Made by a program: the position numbers and the translations under genes | Notes under the pieces: generated by a model | What the model saw: only the letters and a program-made list of their open reading frames with translations | The model's database searches: none | Told to the model about the DNA's origin: nothing | Shown: positions 12,426 through 26,187 of the stretch, in pieces | How positions within the stretch are numbered: the first letter of the stretch is position 1 | Layout of the letters: every line of letters starts with the position of its first letter | Assembly (NCBI GenBank): GCA_036518855.1 | Contig: DATDMJ010000109.1 | Location: 1-63,911, forward strand | Source: Gaiellaceae bacterium | GTDB lineage: Bacteria; Actinomycetota; Thermoleophilia; Gaiellales; Gaiellaceae | Reading direction: 5' to 3' | Length of the DNA stretch: 63,911 bases

Positions 12426-13035
12426 CGACCTGAACCTCTCGAACCTCAAGCCCGCGCAGGCGCGCAAGAACCGCAAGCGCGTCGGCCGCGGCCTGGGCTC
12501 GGGCAAGGGACGCTATTCGGGGCGCGGCCTCAAGGGCCAGAAGTCGCGCTCGGGCTCGCACAAGATGCGCCCGGGCTTCGAGGGCGGCCAGAACCCGCTC
12601 TACATGCGCCTCGGCAAGCTGCGCGGCGGGTCCGCGGACGCGCTTCCGGTCGGCCCGTTCCGCACCTCGACCGCGCCGGTGAACGTCGCCACGCTCGAGG
12701 AGCGCTTCGACGCGGGGGCCGAGGTCACCCCGGAGACGCTCGTCGAGAAGGGTGTCCTCAAGAACACGAAGACCGACGTGAAGATCCTCGGGAACGGCGA
12801 GCTCAAGAAGAAGCTGACCGTGACGGCGCACGCGGTCTCCGCGAGCGCGCGCGAGAAGATCGAGGCCGCGGGCGGCACGATCACCTTGCTGCGCGAGCCG
12901 AAGGAGCGGAAGCCGAAGCGCCGTACCGAGCGGCCGCAGCCGGCGGCGGAAGCGCCCGCGGAAGCTCCTGACGAGACGCCCGAAGAGGCCGCGGAGGAGA
13001 CCCCGGAGGAAGCCGCGGAGGAGGACGAGAGCTAG
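12418..13035 (+). CDS. rplO: 50S ribosomal protein L15 (acidic Pro/Glu/Ala C-terminal tail)
   Basis: 205 aa; ...RVGRGLGSGKGRYSGRGLKGQKSRSG...; ends PEEAAEETPEEAAEEDES. Confidence 0.96.
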   Translation: MPDDLNLSNLKPAQARKNRKRVGRGLGSGKGRYSGRGLKGQKSRSGSHKMRPGFEGGQNPLYMRLGKLRGGSADALPVGPFRTSTAPVNVATLEERFDAGAEVTPETLVEKGVLKNTKTDVKILGNGELKKKLTVTAHAVSASAREKIEAAGGTITLLREPKERKPKRRTERPQPAAEAPAEAPDETPEEAAEETPEEAAEEDES

Positions 13036-14289
13036 GTGTTCTCCTGGCTGGCGAACGCGTGGCGGGTCCCGGAGCTGCGCAAGCGCGTGCTCTTCACCGC
13101 GCTGATCCTCGCGCTCTACCGCCTGGGCTCCTGGATCCCGGCACCGGGAGTCAACTCCGACCAGATCAAGGGCTACTTCAACAACCAGGGCGGCACGATC
13201 CTGGGGCTGCTGAACGTCTTCTCGGGCGGCGCGCTCGCGAAGTTCTCGCTGTTCGCGCTCGGGATCATGCCCTACGTCACGGCCTCGATCATCCTGCAGC
13301 TCCTGACCGTCGTCATCCCGAAGCTGGAGCAGCTGCAGAAGGAAGGCGAGGCCGGGATGGCCAAGATCAACCAGTACACGCGCTACCTCACCGTCGCGCT
13401 CGCGGCGGCGCAGTCGGCCGGGTACTCGTACCTCTTCGAGAAGCAGGGCGCACTCACGAACAACAGCGGCCGCCTCGTGCTGATCGTGATCACGCTGACC
13501 GCCGGCACGACGCTCCTGATGTGGATGGGCGAGATGATCACGAAGCGCGGGATCGGCAACGGGATCTCGCTGCTGATCTTCGCCTCGATCCTCGCGACGG
13601 CTCCGGCCGGGGTGACGGCGTGGTACAACGGCGGCCCGCTCGAGAAGCTCTTCTTCCCGCTGATCGCGCTCGGGATCATCGTCGCCGTCGTCTTCATCCA
13701 GGAGGGCCAGCGGCGGATCCCGATCCAGTACGCCAAGCGGATGGTGGGGCGGCGCCAGCTCGGCGGGGGCTCCACGTACATGCCGCTCCGCGTGAACATG
13801 GCCGGCGTTATTCCGATCATCTTCGCCGCCGCGGTGCTCGCGCTGCCGCAGACCGTCGGCTCGTTCTCCCCGAACGCCCAGACCTTCATCAACAGGCACT
13901 TCGCGTACTCGTCGCTGACGTACCTGCTCGTCGAGGCGACCCTGATCGTGCTCTTCACGTACTTCTACACGGCTGTCCAGTTCAACCCGGTCGACCAGGC
14001 CGACAACCTGCGCAAGTACGGCGGCTACGTGCCCGGCATCCGGCCCGGTCCACCGACCGCGCAGTACCTCGACCGCGTGCTGACACGGCTGACGCTGCCC
14101 GGCTCGCTCTACCTCGCGGCCGTCGCAGTGCTGCCGAGCGTCTTTATCCGCTACGGCGGGTTCCAGCAGGCGACCTCGCGCGCACTCGGCGGGACGTCCG
14201 TCCTGATCGTGGTCGGCGTCGCTCTCGACACGATGCGCCAGATGGAGTCGCAGATGATGATGCGCTCCTACGAAGGCTTCCTGAAATAG
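13036..14289 (+). CDS. secY: Preprotein translocase subunit SecY
   Basis: 417 aa polytopic membrane protein with SecY sequence (GIMPYVTASIILQLL...); canonical position after rplO. Confidence 0.98.
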   Translation: MFSWLANAWRVPELRKRVLFTALILALYRLGSWIPAPGVNSDQIKGYFNNQGGTILGLLNVFSGGALAKFSLFALGIMPYVTASIILQLLTVVIPKLEQLQKEGEAGMAKINQYTRYLTVALAAAQSAGYSYLFEKQGALTNNSGRLVLIVITLTAGTTLLMWMGEMITKRGIGNGISLLIFASILATAPAGVTAWYNGGPLEKLFFPLIALGIIVAVVFIQEGQRRIPIQYAKRMVGRRQLGGGSTYMPLRVNMAGVIPIIFAAAVLALPQTVGSFSPNAQTFINRHFAYSSLTYLLVEATLIVLFTYFYTAVQFNPVDQADNLRKYGGYVPGIRPGPPTAQYLDRVLTRLTLPGSLYLAAVAVLPSVFIRYGGFQQATSRALGGTSVLIVVGVALDTMRQMESQMMMRSYEGFLK

Positions 14290-14867
14290 TGCTCAACGTT
14301 CTGCTGCTCGGCCCGCAGGGTGCCGGCAAGGGAACCCAGGGCAAGCTCATCTCGGCGGAGTACGGCCTGCCGCACATCGCGACCGGGGACATCCTGCGCG
14401 CGGCGATGTCGGCGGGCACGGAGCTCGGGCGCAAGGTGCAGCCGATCTACGACGCGGGCCACCTCGTCCCGGACGACATCATGATCGCGCTGATCCGCGA
14501 ACGGCTCGCCGCGGACGACGCCGCCGAAGGATTCGTCCTCGACGGCTTTCCGCGCACCGCAGTCCAGGCCGAGGCGCTCGACGAGATGCTGGACGAGATC
14601 GGCCGCCCGATCACCGTCGTGCTCGAGTTCCAACTTCCGGAGGAGGTGTCGATCGAGCGCCTCACTCGCCGTGCCGAGCAGGAGGGCCGCGCGGACGACA
14701 CGCCCGACGCGATCAACAGACGGCTCGCGCTGTACCGCGAACAGACCGAGCCGCTGATCGAGCACTACCGCGCGCGCGGCAGCCTGGTCGGCATCCCGGC
14801 GGATCGATCGGTCGAGGAGGTCTTCGAGGAGATCCAGGAGGCCCTCGACCGGGTGGGCGTCCGATGA
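14289..14867 (+). CDS. adk: Adenylate kinase (short form, no Cys4 lid)
   Basis: GTG 14289 shares one base with the secY stop (TAGTG). VLNVLLLGPQGAGKGTQ P-loop; tail of ORF 13059..14867. Confidence 0.95.
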   Translation: MLNVLLLGPQGAGKGTQGKLISAEYGLPHIATGDILRAAMSAGTELGRKVQPIYDAGHLVPDDIMIALIRERLAADDAAEGFVLDGFPRTAVQAEALDEMLDEIGRPITVVLEFQLPEEVSIERLTRRAEQEGRADDTPDAINRRLALYREQTEPLIEHYRARGSLVGIPADRSVEEVFEEIQEALDRVGVR

Positions 14868-15628
14868 TCATTCGCAAGTCCCCGCAGGAGATCGAGCGGA
14901 TGGCCCGCGCCGGGGAGGTCGTGGCCGACGTGCTCGCGCTGCTCGGCGAGCGCGCGCGCCCGGGTGTCACGACCGAGGAGCTCGACGCCCTCGCGGACGA
15001 CTTCATCCGTTCGCGCGGCGGCACGCCGACCTTCAAGGGCTACCGGGGCTATCCCGCGTCGATCTGCACCTCGCCGAACGACATGGTCGTCCACGGCATC
15101 CCGGGGATGTTCGCGCTCTCGGAGGGAGACATCCTCTCGGTCGACGTCGGCGTGACCCTCGAGGGCTTCGTGGCCGATTCGGCGTACACGTTCCCGATCG
15201 GGGAGATCTCCGCCGAGGCCGAGCGCCTGCTGGAAGGCTGCAGGGCCGCGCTCGCTGCGGGGATCGAGCAGTGCCGCGCGGGAAACCGGCTCTCGGACAT
15301 CTCGCACGCCATCCAGGTCGTGACCGAGGAGCACGGGTTCTCCGTGGTGCGCAGCCTCGTCGGGCACGGCGTCGGGCGCTCGATGCACGAGGAGCCGCAG
15401 ATCCCGAACTTCGGCGAGCCCGGCCGCGGCCCGCTGCTGTCGCCGGGCATGACCTTCGCGATCGAGCCGATGATCAACGCGGGCGGCGCCGACGTCGTCC
15501 TCCACGACGACCAGTGGTCGATCTCGACTTCCGACAGCTCGCTCTCCGCGCACTTCGAGCACACCGTGGCGATCACCGAGGACGCGCCGCGGATCCTCAC
15601 GCTGGCGAAGACCGCGGTGACCTCATGA
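14864..15628 (+). CDS. map: Methionine aminopeptidase type I
   Basis: 254 aa; ...FKGYRGYPASICTSPNDMVVHGIP...; ATGA overlap with adk. Confidence 0.97.
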   Translation: MIIRKSPQEIERMARAGEVVADVLALLGERARPGVTTEELDALADDFIRSRGGTPTFKGYRGYPASICTSPNDMVVHGIPGMFALSEGDILSVDVGVTLEGFVADSAYTFPIGEISAEAERLLEGCRAALAAGIEQCRAGNRLSDISHAIQVVTEEHGFSVVRSLVGHGVGRSMHEEPQIPNFGEPGRGPLLSPGMTFAIEPMINAGGADVVLHDDQWSISTSDSSLSAHFEHTVAITEDAPRILTLAKTAVTS

Positions 15629-15662
15629 CCGGTCGAACCGTCGTTCTTCGGGAGGGCCGCTC

Positions 15663-16742
15663 GTGACCGATTCGCGAGTCCAGGAGTACGCGAGGCTGCT
15701 CGTCGAGCAGTGCGTCGACGTCCAGCCCGGCTGGCAGGTGGTCGTCTCGGGCGGCGTGCTCGCGCGGCCGCTGCTCGAGGAGGTCAACGCGCTGGTGGGC
15801 CGGCGCGGCGCCTACGCGATCCAGCGCCTGAGCCTCACCGGCGCCTCCGTCAACGTGCCCTGGGTGCAGGAAGTGCCGCTGGAGCTCCTCGACAACCCGT
15901 CTCCGATCGAGACCCACCTCTTCCACGAGGCCGACGCGTGGATCGGCGTCGAGGCGCCCGAGAACACGCGTGAGCTCGCCGGGGTCGATCCGGAGCGCCT
16001 GGGCCGCTTCCAGGCGGGCGTGCGCCCGCATGTGGAGCGGATCTTCACCTACGACCTGAAGTGGGTCGGCTGCCAGTTTCCGACCCCCGCCCTGGCGCAG
16101 GACGCGGGCATGTCGCTGGCCGAGTTCGAGGACTTCCTCTACGGCGCCTGCCTGCTCGACTGGGACGCGGAGCGCGAGCGAATGAGCCGCTATGCGGAGC
16201 GCTTCGACGCCGCTGACGAGGTGCGGATCGTCGCCGACGAGACCGACCTGACGCTCAGCCTCGCCGGTCGCAACGGCTTCGTCGACGCGGGCGGCGCCAA
16301 CATCCCCGGCGGAGAGTTCTTCTTCTCGCCGCTCGAAGACTCCGCCGCGGGGACGATCGCGTTCACGGAGTTCCCTGCGGTCTACGGCGGCCGCGAGGTG
16401 AAGGGCATCCGGCTCCGCTTCGAGGAAGGCAAGGTCGTCGACGCCTCGGCGGAGGCGAACGAGGGGTTCCTCGTCGAGATGCTCGACCTCGACGACGGCT
16501 CGCGCAGGCTCGGCGAGCTCGGCATCGGCTGCAACCCGCGGATCACGGAGTACATGAAGAACACGCTCTTCGACGAGAAGATCGACGGCACAGTCCATCT
16601 CGCCCTCGGCAACGGCCTGCCGGAGGTCGGAGGCGAGAACGTCAGCCAGCTCCACTGGGACATCGTCAAGGACCTCCGCGGCGGCGGGCGCATCGAGCTC
16701 GACGGCGAGCTCGTCCAGGAGAATGGAAAGTGGCTTATCTAG
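15663..16742 (+). CDS. Aminopeptidase, M29 (AmpS/PepS-like) family
   Basis: 359 aa; C-terminal ...[11 protein letters not shown]...[19 protein letters not shown]... resembles thermophilic metalloprotease M29 enzymes. Unusual position between map and infA. Confidence 0.85.
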   Translation: MTDSRVQEYARLLVEQCVDVQPGWQVVVSGGVLARPLLEEVNALVGRRGAYAIQRLSLTGASVNVPWVQEVPLELLDNPSPIETHLFHEADAWIGVEAPENTRELAGVDPERLGRFQAGVRPHVERIFTYDLKWVGCQFPTPALAQDAGMSLAEFEDFLYGACLLDWDAERERMSRYAERFDAADEVRIVADETDLTLSLAGRNGFVDAGGANIPGGEFFFSPLEDSAAGTIAFTEFPAVYGGREVKGIRLRFEEGKVVDASAEANEGFLVEMLDLDDGSRRLGELGIGCNPRITEYMKNTLFDEKIDGTVHLALGNGLPEVGGENVSQLHWDIVKDLRGGGRIELDGELVQENGKWLI

Positions 16743-16797
16743 GAGCTTTTGCTACCATTGTCAGCCGCGGCGAGAGCCGTGTTTTTCCGTGTCCCCG

Positions 16798-16821
16798 ACC
16801 GCGCTCGCAAAGCGCGGTTTC
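16798..16821 (+). terminator. Hairpin ACCGCGCT-cgcaa-AGCGCGGT followed by TTTCT (terminator/attenuator-like) upstream of infA
   Basis: 8-bp GC-rich stem plus a short T-run in the 89-nt spacer between the aminopeptidase gene and infA. Confidence 0.35.
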
Positions 16822-16831
16822 TGTGAGGTAG

Positions 16832-17056
16832 ATGGCGCAAAAAGAAGAAAAGATCGAGGTCGAAGGCGAGATCGTCGAGGCGCTCCCGAGCACGATGTTC
16901 CGGGTGCACATCGACGACCTGGACACGAACGTGCTCGCCACGATCTCCGGGAAGATGCGCAAGCACTACATCCGCATCCTCCCCGGCGATCGGGTGAAGG
17001 TGGAGCTGTCCCCCTACGACCTCACGCGAGGAAGGATCACGTACCGACACCGATGA
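16832..17056 (+). CDS. infA: Translation initiation factor IF-1
   Basis: 74 aa, [25 protein letters not shown]... Confidence 0.98.
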   Translation: MAQKEEKIEVEGEIVEALPSTMFRVHIDDLDTNVLATISGKMRKHYIRILPGDRVKVELSPYDLTRGRITYRHR

Positions 17057-17166
17057 AAGTCCGAGCTTCAGTCAAGCCCATGTGCGAGCGCTGCCGCGTG
17101 ATCAAGCGGCACGGCAAGACCATGGTCATCTGCACGAACCCACGCCACAAGCAGAGGCAGGGCTAG
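17053..17166 (+). CDS. rpmJ: 50S ribosomal protein L36 (zinc-binding form)
   Basis: [37 protein letters not shown]; ATGA overlap with infA; tail of ORF 16723..17166. Confidence 0.96.
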   Translation: MKVRASVKPMCERCRVIKRHGKTMVICTNPRHKQRQG

Positions 17167-17170
17167 CGCG

Positions 17171-17554
17171 ATGGCTCGTATTGCCGGCGTCAACATCCCG
17201 AACCAGAAGCGCCTCGAGATCGGGCTCACCTACATCTACGGCATCGGCCGGTCGACCGCGCAGAAGATCTGCGCCGACACGGGACTCTCCGTCGACGAGA
17301 AGGTCAAGGACCTCACCGACGAGGAGGTCACGAAGCTGCGCGAGTACATCGACGGCAACCTCCAGGTCGAGGGCGATCTCCGCCGCGAGCGGACGCAGGC
17401 GATCAAGCGGCTGCAGGAGATCGGCGCGTACCGCGGCATCCGCCACCGGCGCGGGCTCCCCGTGAACGGCCAGCGGACGAAGACCAACGCACGGACGCGC
17501 AAGGGCCCGAAGAAGACGGTTGGCCGGGGCAAGAAGGCGGCTCAGAAGACGTAA
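17171..17554 (+). CDS. rpsM: 30S ribosomal protein S13
   Basis: 127 aa, [26 protein letters not shown]. Confidence 0.98.
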   Translation: MARIAGVNIPNQKRLEIGLTYIYGIGRSTAQKICADTGLSVDEKVKDLTDEEVTKLREYIDGNLQVEGDLRRERTQAIKRLQEIGAYRGIRHRRGLPVNGQRTKTNARTRKGPKKTVGRGKKAAQKT

Positions 17555-17958
17555 TGGCACCTCCGCGGAGACAAGCGACCCGTGGTCGCGTGCGCCGTCG
17601 CGTGCGCAAGAACATCGCGATCGGCCAGGCCCACATCAAGACCTCGTTCAACAACACGATCGTGGCGCTGACCGACAACGAGGGGAACGTCATCGCGTGG
17701 GAGTCGGCCGGCTCGGCCGGCTTCAAGGGCTCCCGCAAGTCGACGCCGTTCGCCGCGCAGGTCACCGCCGACGCCTGCGCCCGCAAGGGCATGGAGCACG
17801 GGCTGCAGAAGGTCGAGGTCTTCGTAAAAGGCCCGGGCGCCGGCCGCGAGACCGCGATCCGCTCGCTGCAGGCCGCCGGCCTCGAGATCCTCGGCGTCAA
17901 GGACGTCACCCCGCAGGCGCACAACGGCGTGCGGCCCAAGAAGCGGAGGCGCGTCTAG
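17554..17958 (+). CDS. rpsK: 30S ribosomal protein S11
   Basis: 134 aa; ...[18 protein letters not shown]... Confidence 0.98.
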   Translation: MAPPRRQATRGRVRRRVRKNIAIGQAHIKTSFNNTIVALTDNEGNVIAWESAGSAGFKGSRKSTPFAAQVTADACARKGMEHGLQKVEVFVKGPGAGRETAIRSLQAAGLEILGVKDVTPQAHNGVRPKKRRRV

Positions 17959-18578
17959 TGGCCCGCGATCGTTCGCCGAAGTGCAAGCAGTGCCGCCGGG
18001 AGGGCATGAAGCTCTTCCTCAAAGGCGAGCGCTGCCTGACCGAGAAGTGCGCGATCGAGCGCCGCAGCTACCCGCCGGGCGAGCACGGCCGCGGTCGCAT
18101 CAAGCAGTCCGAGTACCTGCTGCAGCTGCGCGAGAAGCAGAAGGCGCGCCGGTACTACGGCCTGCTGGAGAAGCAGTTCCGCACCTACTACTCGAAGGCC
18201 GCGAAGGGCTCGGGCATCACCGGCGAGGAGCTGCTGCGCATGCTCGAGACGCGGCTGGACAACGTCATCTACCGACTCGGCTTCGCCGCCTCCCGCGCAC
18301 AGGCTCGCCAGCTGGTGCGCCACGGCCACTTCCAGGTAAACGGCCGCCGGGTGAACATCCCGAGCTACCAGGTGCGCCCCGACGACGTGGTCATGCTCCG
18401 CCCGGGCAGCCCCGCCGAGCAGGTCGTGCGCGACGCGACCGACCTCACCGCCTCGGTCACGCCGTGGCTGCAGGCAGATCACGACGGCCTCACCGGCAAG
18501 GTGCTCAAGTGGCCGGAGCGCGAGGAGATCGACACCCCCGTCCAGGAATCGCTCATCGTCGAGCTTTACTCCAAGTAG
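17958..18578 (+). CDS. rpsD: 30S ribosomal protein S4
   Basis: GTG 17958 shares its first base with the last base of the rpsK stop (TAGTG). [26 protein letters not shown]...; tail of ORF 17520..18578. Confidence 0.96.
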   Translation: MARDRSPKCKQCRREGMKLFLKGERCLTEKCAIERRSYPPGEHGRGRIKQSEYLLQLREKQKARRYYGLLEKQFRTYYSKAAKGSGITGEELLRMLETRLDNVIYRLGFAASRAQARQLVRHGHFQVNGRRVNIPSYQVRPDDVVMLRPGSPAEQVVRDATDLTASVTPWLQADHDGLTGKVLKWPEREEIDTPVQESLIVELYSK

Positions 18579-18588
18579 AGAGGAAGGA

Positions 18589-19569
18589 ATGGCAGTCAGA
18601 ACCAGCTTGATGGAGTTCCAGATCCCGCGGATCGTCCACGAGGAGGTCGACGACAACCGTGGTGTCTTCGTGATCGAGCCGCTCGACCGCGGCTTCGGTT
18701 ACACGTTCGGGAATTCGCTGCGCCGCGTGCTGCTCTCGTCGCTCGAGGGCGCCGCTGTCACCTCGGTCAAGATCGAGGGCGTCGCGCACGAGTTCACGAC
18801 ACTGCCGGGCGTCCGCGAGGACGTGACCGACATCCTGCTCAACTTCAAGAACCTGATCTGCCGGCTGCACGGCGACTCGCCCGAGATCGAGGTGCGCCTG
18901 ACCAAGAAGGGCACGGGCGTCGTCAAGGCCTCGGACATCGAGGCGCCGGCCGAGCTCGAGATCCTGAACCCGGACCTCGAGATCGCGAACCTCTCGGAAA
19001 GGGGCAAGCTCGAGGTGACGCTCACCATCGGCCGCGGCCGGGGCTACGTTCCGGCCGAGCTGAACCGCGGGCCCGAGCACACCATCGGCGTGATCCCGAT
19101 CGACTCGATCTTCTCGCCGGTGCGGCGCGTCTCGTACGACGTCGAGGCGGCCCGCGTCGGACAGCGAACCGACTACGACAAGCTGCGGATCGACGTCACG
19201 ACCGACGGCTCCATCGACCCGCGTGAGTCGATCGGCCAGGCGGCCGACATCCTGATCCGTCAGCTCGCGATCTTCACCGACATCGACCGGATCGAGGGCC
19301 TCGGCGAGGCGGCGGCGGCGGAGGCCCAGGCCGAGCCGGCGCTCGCCCACGGGATGGAGAACTTCCCGATCGAGGAGCTCGAGCTCGGCGTCCGCTCGTA
19401 CAACTGCCTGAAGCGCGTCGGCATCGAGACCATCGGCGACCTCGTCACGAAGACCGAGAACGAGCTCGCCGCGATTCCGAACTTCGGCAAGAAGTCGATC
19501 GAGGAGGTCAAGGAGACCCTCGCGACGCACGGCCTGAACCTCAGGGGCGAGGACGGCCCCGCGGCGTGA
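18589..19569 (+). CDS. rpoA: DNA-directed RNA polymerase subunit alpha
   Basis: 326 aa; NTD ([17 protein letters not shown]) and CTD ([22 protein letters not shown]). Confidence 0.98.
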   Translation: MAVRTSLMEFQIPRIVHEEVDDNRGVFVIEPLDRGFGYTFGNSLRRVLLSSLEGAAVTSVKIEGVAHEFTTLPGVREDVTDILLNFKNLICRLHGDSPEIEVRLTKKGTGVVKASDIEAPAELEILNPDLEIANLSERGKLEVTLTIGRGRGYVPAELNRGPEHTIGVIPIDSIFSPVRRVSYDVEAARVGQRTDYDKLRIDVTTDGSIDPRESIGQAADILIRQLAIFTDIDRIEGLGEAAAAEAQAEPALAHGMENFPIEELELGVRSYNCLKRVGIETIGDLVTKTENELAAIPNFGKKSIEEVKETLATHGLNLRGEDGPAA

Positions 19570-20006
19570 GGCACCGGCGGTCCGGAAGGAAGCTGGGCCG
19601 CGACGCCTCGCACCGCAAGGCGCTCTACGCGAACCTGACGGGCGCGCTGATCGAGCACGGGCGGATCAAGACCACGGTCGCCAAGGCCAAGGAGGTCCGG
19701 CCCGTCGCCGAGCAGATGATCACGCTCGGCCGGCGTGGTGGCGTCCACGCGCGGCGGCAGGCGCTGAAGTTCCTGCGCTCGCAGGACGTCGTGCACAAGC
19801 TGTTCGACGAAGTCGGGCCGCGGTTCAAGGACCGGGAGGGCGGCTACTCGCGGATCGTCCGGATCGGCCCGCGCCTCGGTGACGCGGCCGAAATGGCGTA
19901 TCTGGAGCTGGTGGACTTCACGCCCGAGGCCCCGGCCCCACGGCGGCGGCGACGCGAAGAGGCCGAGGCCGAGCAAGAGCCGGTCGAAGAGCCGGCGGCT
20001 TCTTAA
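19566..20006 (+). CDS. rplQ: 50S ribosomal protein L17 (acidic C-terminal tail)
   Basis: 146 aa, [20 protein letters not shown]...; GTGA overlap with rpoA. Confidence 0.96.
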   Translation: MRHRRSGRKLGRDASHRKALYANLTGALIEHGRIKTTVAKAKEVRPVAEQMITLGRRGGVHARRQALKFLRSQDVVHKLFDEVGPRFKDREGGYSRIVRIGPRLGDAAEMAYLELVDFTPEAPAPRRRRREEAEAEQEPVEEPAAS

Positions 20007-20503
20007 GCGGTCCCCAGAGCCGCGGCAACACCCGCGATCACCACGCCGCCGAGCGTGACGGACGCGAACGAGCGGGCGAAGCTCGTCTCGAAGAAGCGCC
20101 AGCGCAGCCAGGCGAGCGCTACGAGCTCGAGCCCGACGACGCCGATCGCCAGCAGGATCGCGACCTTGTAGTCCGGGATCAGGAACGGCAGCGTGTGGAG
20201 GATGCCGCCGACGAACGTTCCCACGCCCGTGATCGAGCCGCGCACGAACGGGTTTCCGCGCCCTGTGAGCTCGCCGGTGTCCGAAAGGCCCTCGGAGAAG
20301 GCCATGCTGATCCCGGCGCCGATCGCCGTCGCGACGCCTGCGATGAACGCGTCGAAGGGATTGCGCGTGTGCAAGGCGATCGCGAAGATCGGCGCCAGCG
20401 TCGAGAGCGAGCCGTCGATCAGCCCGGTCATCGCCGGCTGGACACGCTGGAGGAGAAAGGTCTGCTTGTCGGTCACAGGTATAGTGTACCCAACAAAGAG
20501 CAA
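20003..20503 (-). CDS. VIT1/CCC1-family (DUF125-like) membrane protein
   Basis: 166 aa; [17 protein letters not shown]... and Gly-rich TM helices. The first codons have low GC3, so the true start may be GTG 20476 or ATG 20431. Its stop shares the palindrome TTAA with the rplQ stop. Confidence 0.72.
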   Translation of the reverse strand: MLFVGYTIPVTDKQTFLLQRVQPAMTGLIDGSLSTLAPIFAIALHTRNPFDAFIAGVATAIGAGISMAFSEGLSDTGELTGRGNPFVRGSITGVGTFVGGILHTLPFLIPDYKVAILLAIGVVGLELVALAWLRWRFFETSFARSFASVTLGGVVIAGVAAALGTA

Positions 20504-20553
20504 GTCGAACTATCATAAGGCACGCCTTACAAACACGGTGAGGCTCGCCTGAC

Positions 20554-21266
20554 GTGCGGCTGAGGCTAACGCTCGAGTACGACGGAGCCGGCTTCCGAGG
20601 CTGGGCGGCACAACCGGGGCTGCGGACGGTCGAGGGTGCTCTGCGCGAGGCGCTGCAGGCCGTTTTTCCCTCGTGGTCCGAGCTCGCGATCGCCGGCCGA
20701 ACCGACACCGGCGTCCACGCGGTCGCCAACGTCGCCTCGGTCGAGGTCGTGGGCGGCCCACCGGCCGAGCGCGCCCGCGAGGCGCTCAACGCGGCGCTGC
20801 CCGACGACGTCGCGGTCGTCGAAGCCGGCGAGGCTCGCGCAGATTTCCATGCGCGCCATTCCGCGCTGGCGCGCAGCTACCGCTACCGCGTCCACCGCCG
20901 CCGCGCCCGCTCGCCGTTCGAGGCACGGCGCAGCTGGTGGTATCCGCACGCCCTGGACGAAGAGCGCCTGGCGGAATCGGCAGACCTCCTCCTCGGCGAG
21001 CATGACTTCCGGGCATTCACGCCGACCGAGACGCAGCACAAGGTCTTCGTTCGCGTGGTCGAGTCGGCCGTGTGGCACCGCCGCGGCGACGCGCTCGAGT
21101 TCGAGATCACCGCGGACTCGTTCCTGCGCCACATGGTCCGCACGCTGGTCGGCACGATGTTCGAGCGGGCCCCGGAGCAAATCGCGCCCCTGTTGGAGGG
21201 CCGAGCGCGCAGCGAAGCCGGTACGACGGCCCCGCCGTGGGGCCTCTATCTCGTCTCGGTCCGCTA

Positions 21267-21270
<4 letters not shown>
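20554..21270 (+). CDS. truA: tRNA pseudouridine(38-40) synthase
   Basis: 238 aa; ...GWAAQPG...[10 protein letters not shown]... catalytic Asp motif. Confidence 0.95.
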
Positions 21271-24927
<3,657 letters not shown>

Positions 24928-24964
24928 GGCTGCATTGTTCGGAGCATCGGCACCGCCGTCAAGG

Positions 24965-25378
24965 ATGGGCCGTACCTTCCTCGCGGATGGGCCTCACGGC
25001 CCTTGTGACCCTTTGGCCGCGCGTCTGATAATCGCATTGGCTTTGGCGTCGAACCCCCTTCCGGCACTGCTCGAGCAGATCGACGAGCTGCTCACCGCCT
25101 CGCCCTCGGGCGAGCCGGCGACGCTTGCGCGGCTGGAACGGACGTTGACGGACGGGTATGCGCACGCCTTGTCGCTGGAAGCCGAGCGGCTCCGCCTGGA
25201 GCGCCGCATGAGCGAGCTCGCCGGTGAGCTCCACGACGGAAACCGCGAGCAGAAGGCGAAGGAGCTCGCCCAGGTCTCGCGCCGGATCTCCCGTGCGGGA
25301 GCCGAGATCGACGGGCTCCGCGGCATCCTGTCGCAGCTGCGCGCGCGCGCAACGGCCGTGCGGGCAGCTACCGCTTAG
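24965..25378 (+). CDS. Hypothetical coiled-coil protein
   Basis: In-frame tail of ORF 24695..25378 with high GC3 from about 25060 on (LEQIDELL...ERLRLERRMSELAGEL...). The start is uncertain (ATG 24965, TTG 25037 or 25043). Confidence 0.45.
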   Translation: MGRTFLADGPHGPCDPLAARLIIALALASNPLPALLEQIDELLTASPSGEPATLARLERTLTDGYAHALSLEAERLRLERRMSELAGELHDGNREQKAKELAQVSRRISRAGAEIDGLRGILSQLRARATAVRAATA

Positions 25379-25474
25379 CGCCGTTTCTGCAACTACGGTC
25401 GCATCGACCGGGCAGTTCAGACGGTCGCACGGGAAAAGCCCGCGCGGCCTGAGGGCGGCGTCGCAAGCGAGGCC

Positions 25475-26152
25475 CTAGACGATTCCGCTGCGGACCGCAT
25501 AGACCGCTGCCTGGATGCGGTTCTCGATCTGCAGCTTCATCAGGATGTTCGAGATGTGGTTCTTGACCGTCTTCGGGCTGATGTGCAGCTCCGCGGCGAT
25601 CATCGCGTTGTCCTTGCCGCTCGAGATCAGCTTCAGCACGTCGAGCTCGCGCTGAGAGAGCTCCGCGCGGACGGCCTCGGCGGCCTCGGGTGACACCGAC
25701 GTCGCGCGCACCTGCTGCAGCACCTTCCCGGCAATTGCAGGCGAAACGAGCGATTCGCCGACCGCCGCGGCCTCGATTCCGCGGATCAACTCGTCGACCG
25801 AAGCGTCCTTCAGCAGGTAGCCGCAGGCCCCGGCCAGGATCGCGTGGATGACGTCCTCGTCGTGGTCGGAGATGGTCAGTACGAGGACACGCGTCAACGG
25901 CGCGATGGCCGCGATCTGCCGGATCGCCTCGATGCCGGAGATGCCCGGCATGTGCAGATCCATGACCACGACGTCCGGAGCAGACTCGCGAACGAGCCGC
26001 ACGGCCTCCGCGCCGGTCGAGGCCTCGCCGGCGATCTGGACGCCTCGCTCCTCCAGGAGGTTGCGCAGGCCCGCGCGGAACAAGTCGTGGTCGTCCACGA
26101 GCAGCACGCGGACGCTGATCTCGTCGGCGCTTGTCTGGGCGATTTCGCTCAC
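25475..26152 (-). CDS. Response regulator, NarL/LuxR family (REC + HTH), no adjacent kinase
   Basis: GTG 26152 preceded by GGAGGGGG. VRVLLVDDHDLFRAG...VVVMDLHMPG... REC domain and LSQRELDVLKLISSGKDNAMIAAELHISPKTVKNHISNI LuxR HTH. Only the last 225 aa of ORF 25475..27319. Confidence 0.92.
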   Translation of the reverse strand: MSEIAQTSADEISVRVLLVDDHDLFRAGLRNLLEERGVQIAGEASTGAEAVRLVRESAPDVVVMDLHMPGISGIEAIRQIAAIAPLTRVLVLTISDHDEDVIHAILAGACGYLLKDASVDELIRGIEAAAVGESLVSPAIAGKVLQQVRATSVSPEAAEAVRAELSQRELDVLKLISSGKDNAMIAAELHISPKTVKNHISNILMKLQIENRIQAAVYAVRSGIV

Positions 26153-26187
26153 CGACCCCCTCCGGTTGGGACGCGCCGGATTGTAGT

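Noticed and set aside
20472-20489. GTCAC-N7-GTGTAC near the VIT/truA divergent region as a fourth phased GTSAC site
   Set aside because: The spacing is 12 rather than 11 bp, the second half-site is degenerate, and the sequence probably lies inside or at the start of the VIT coding region.
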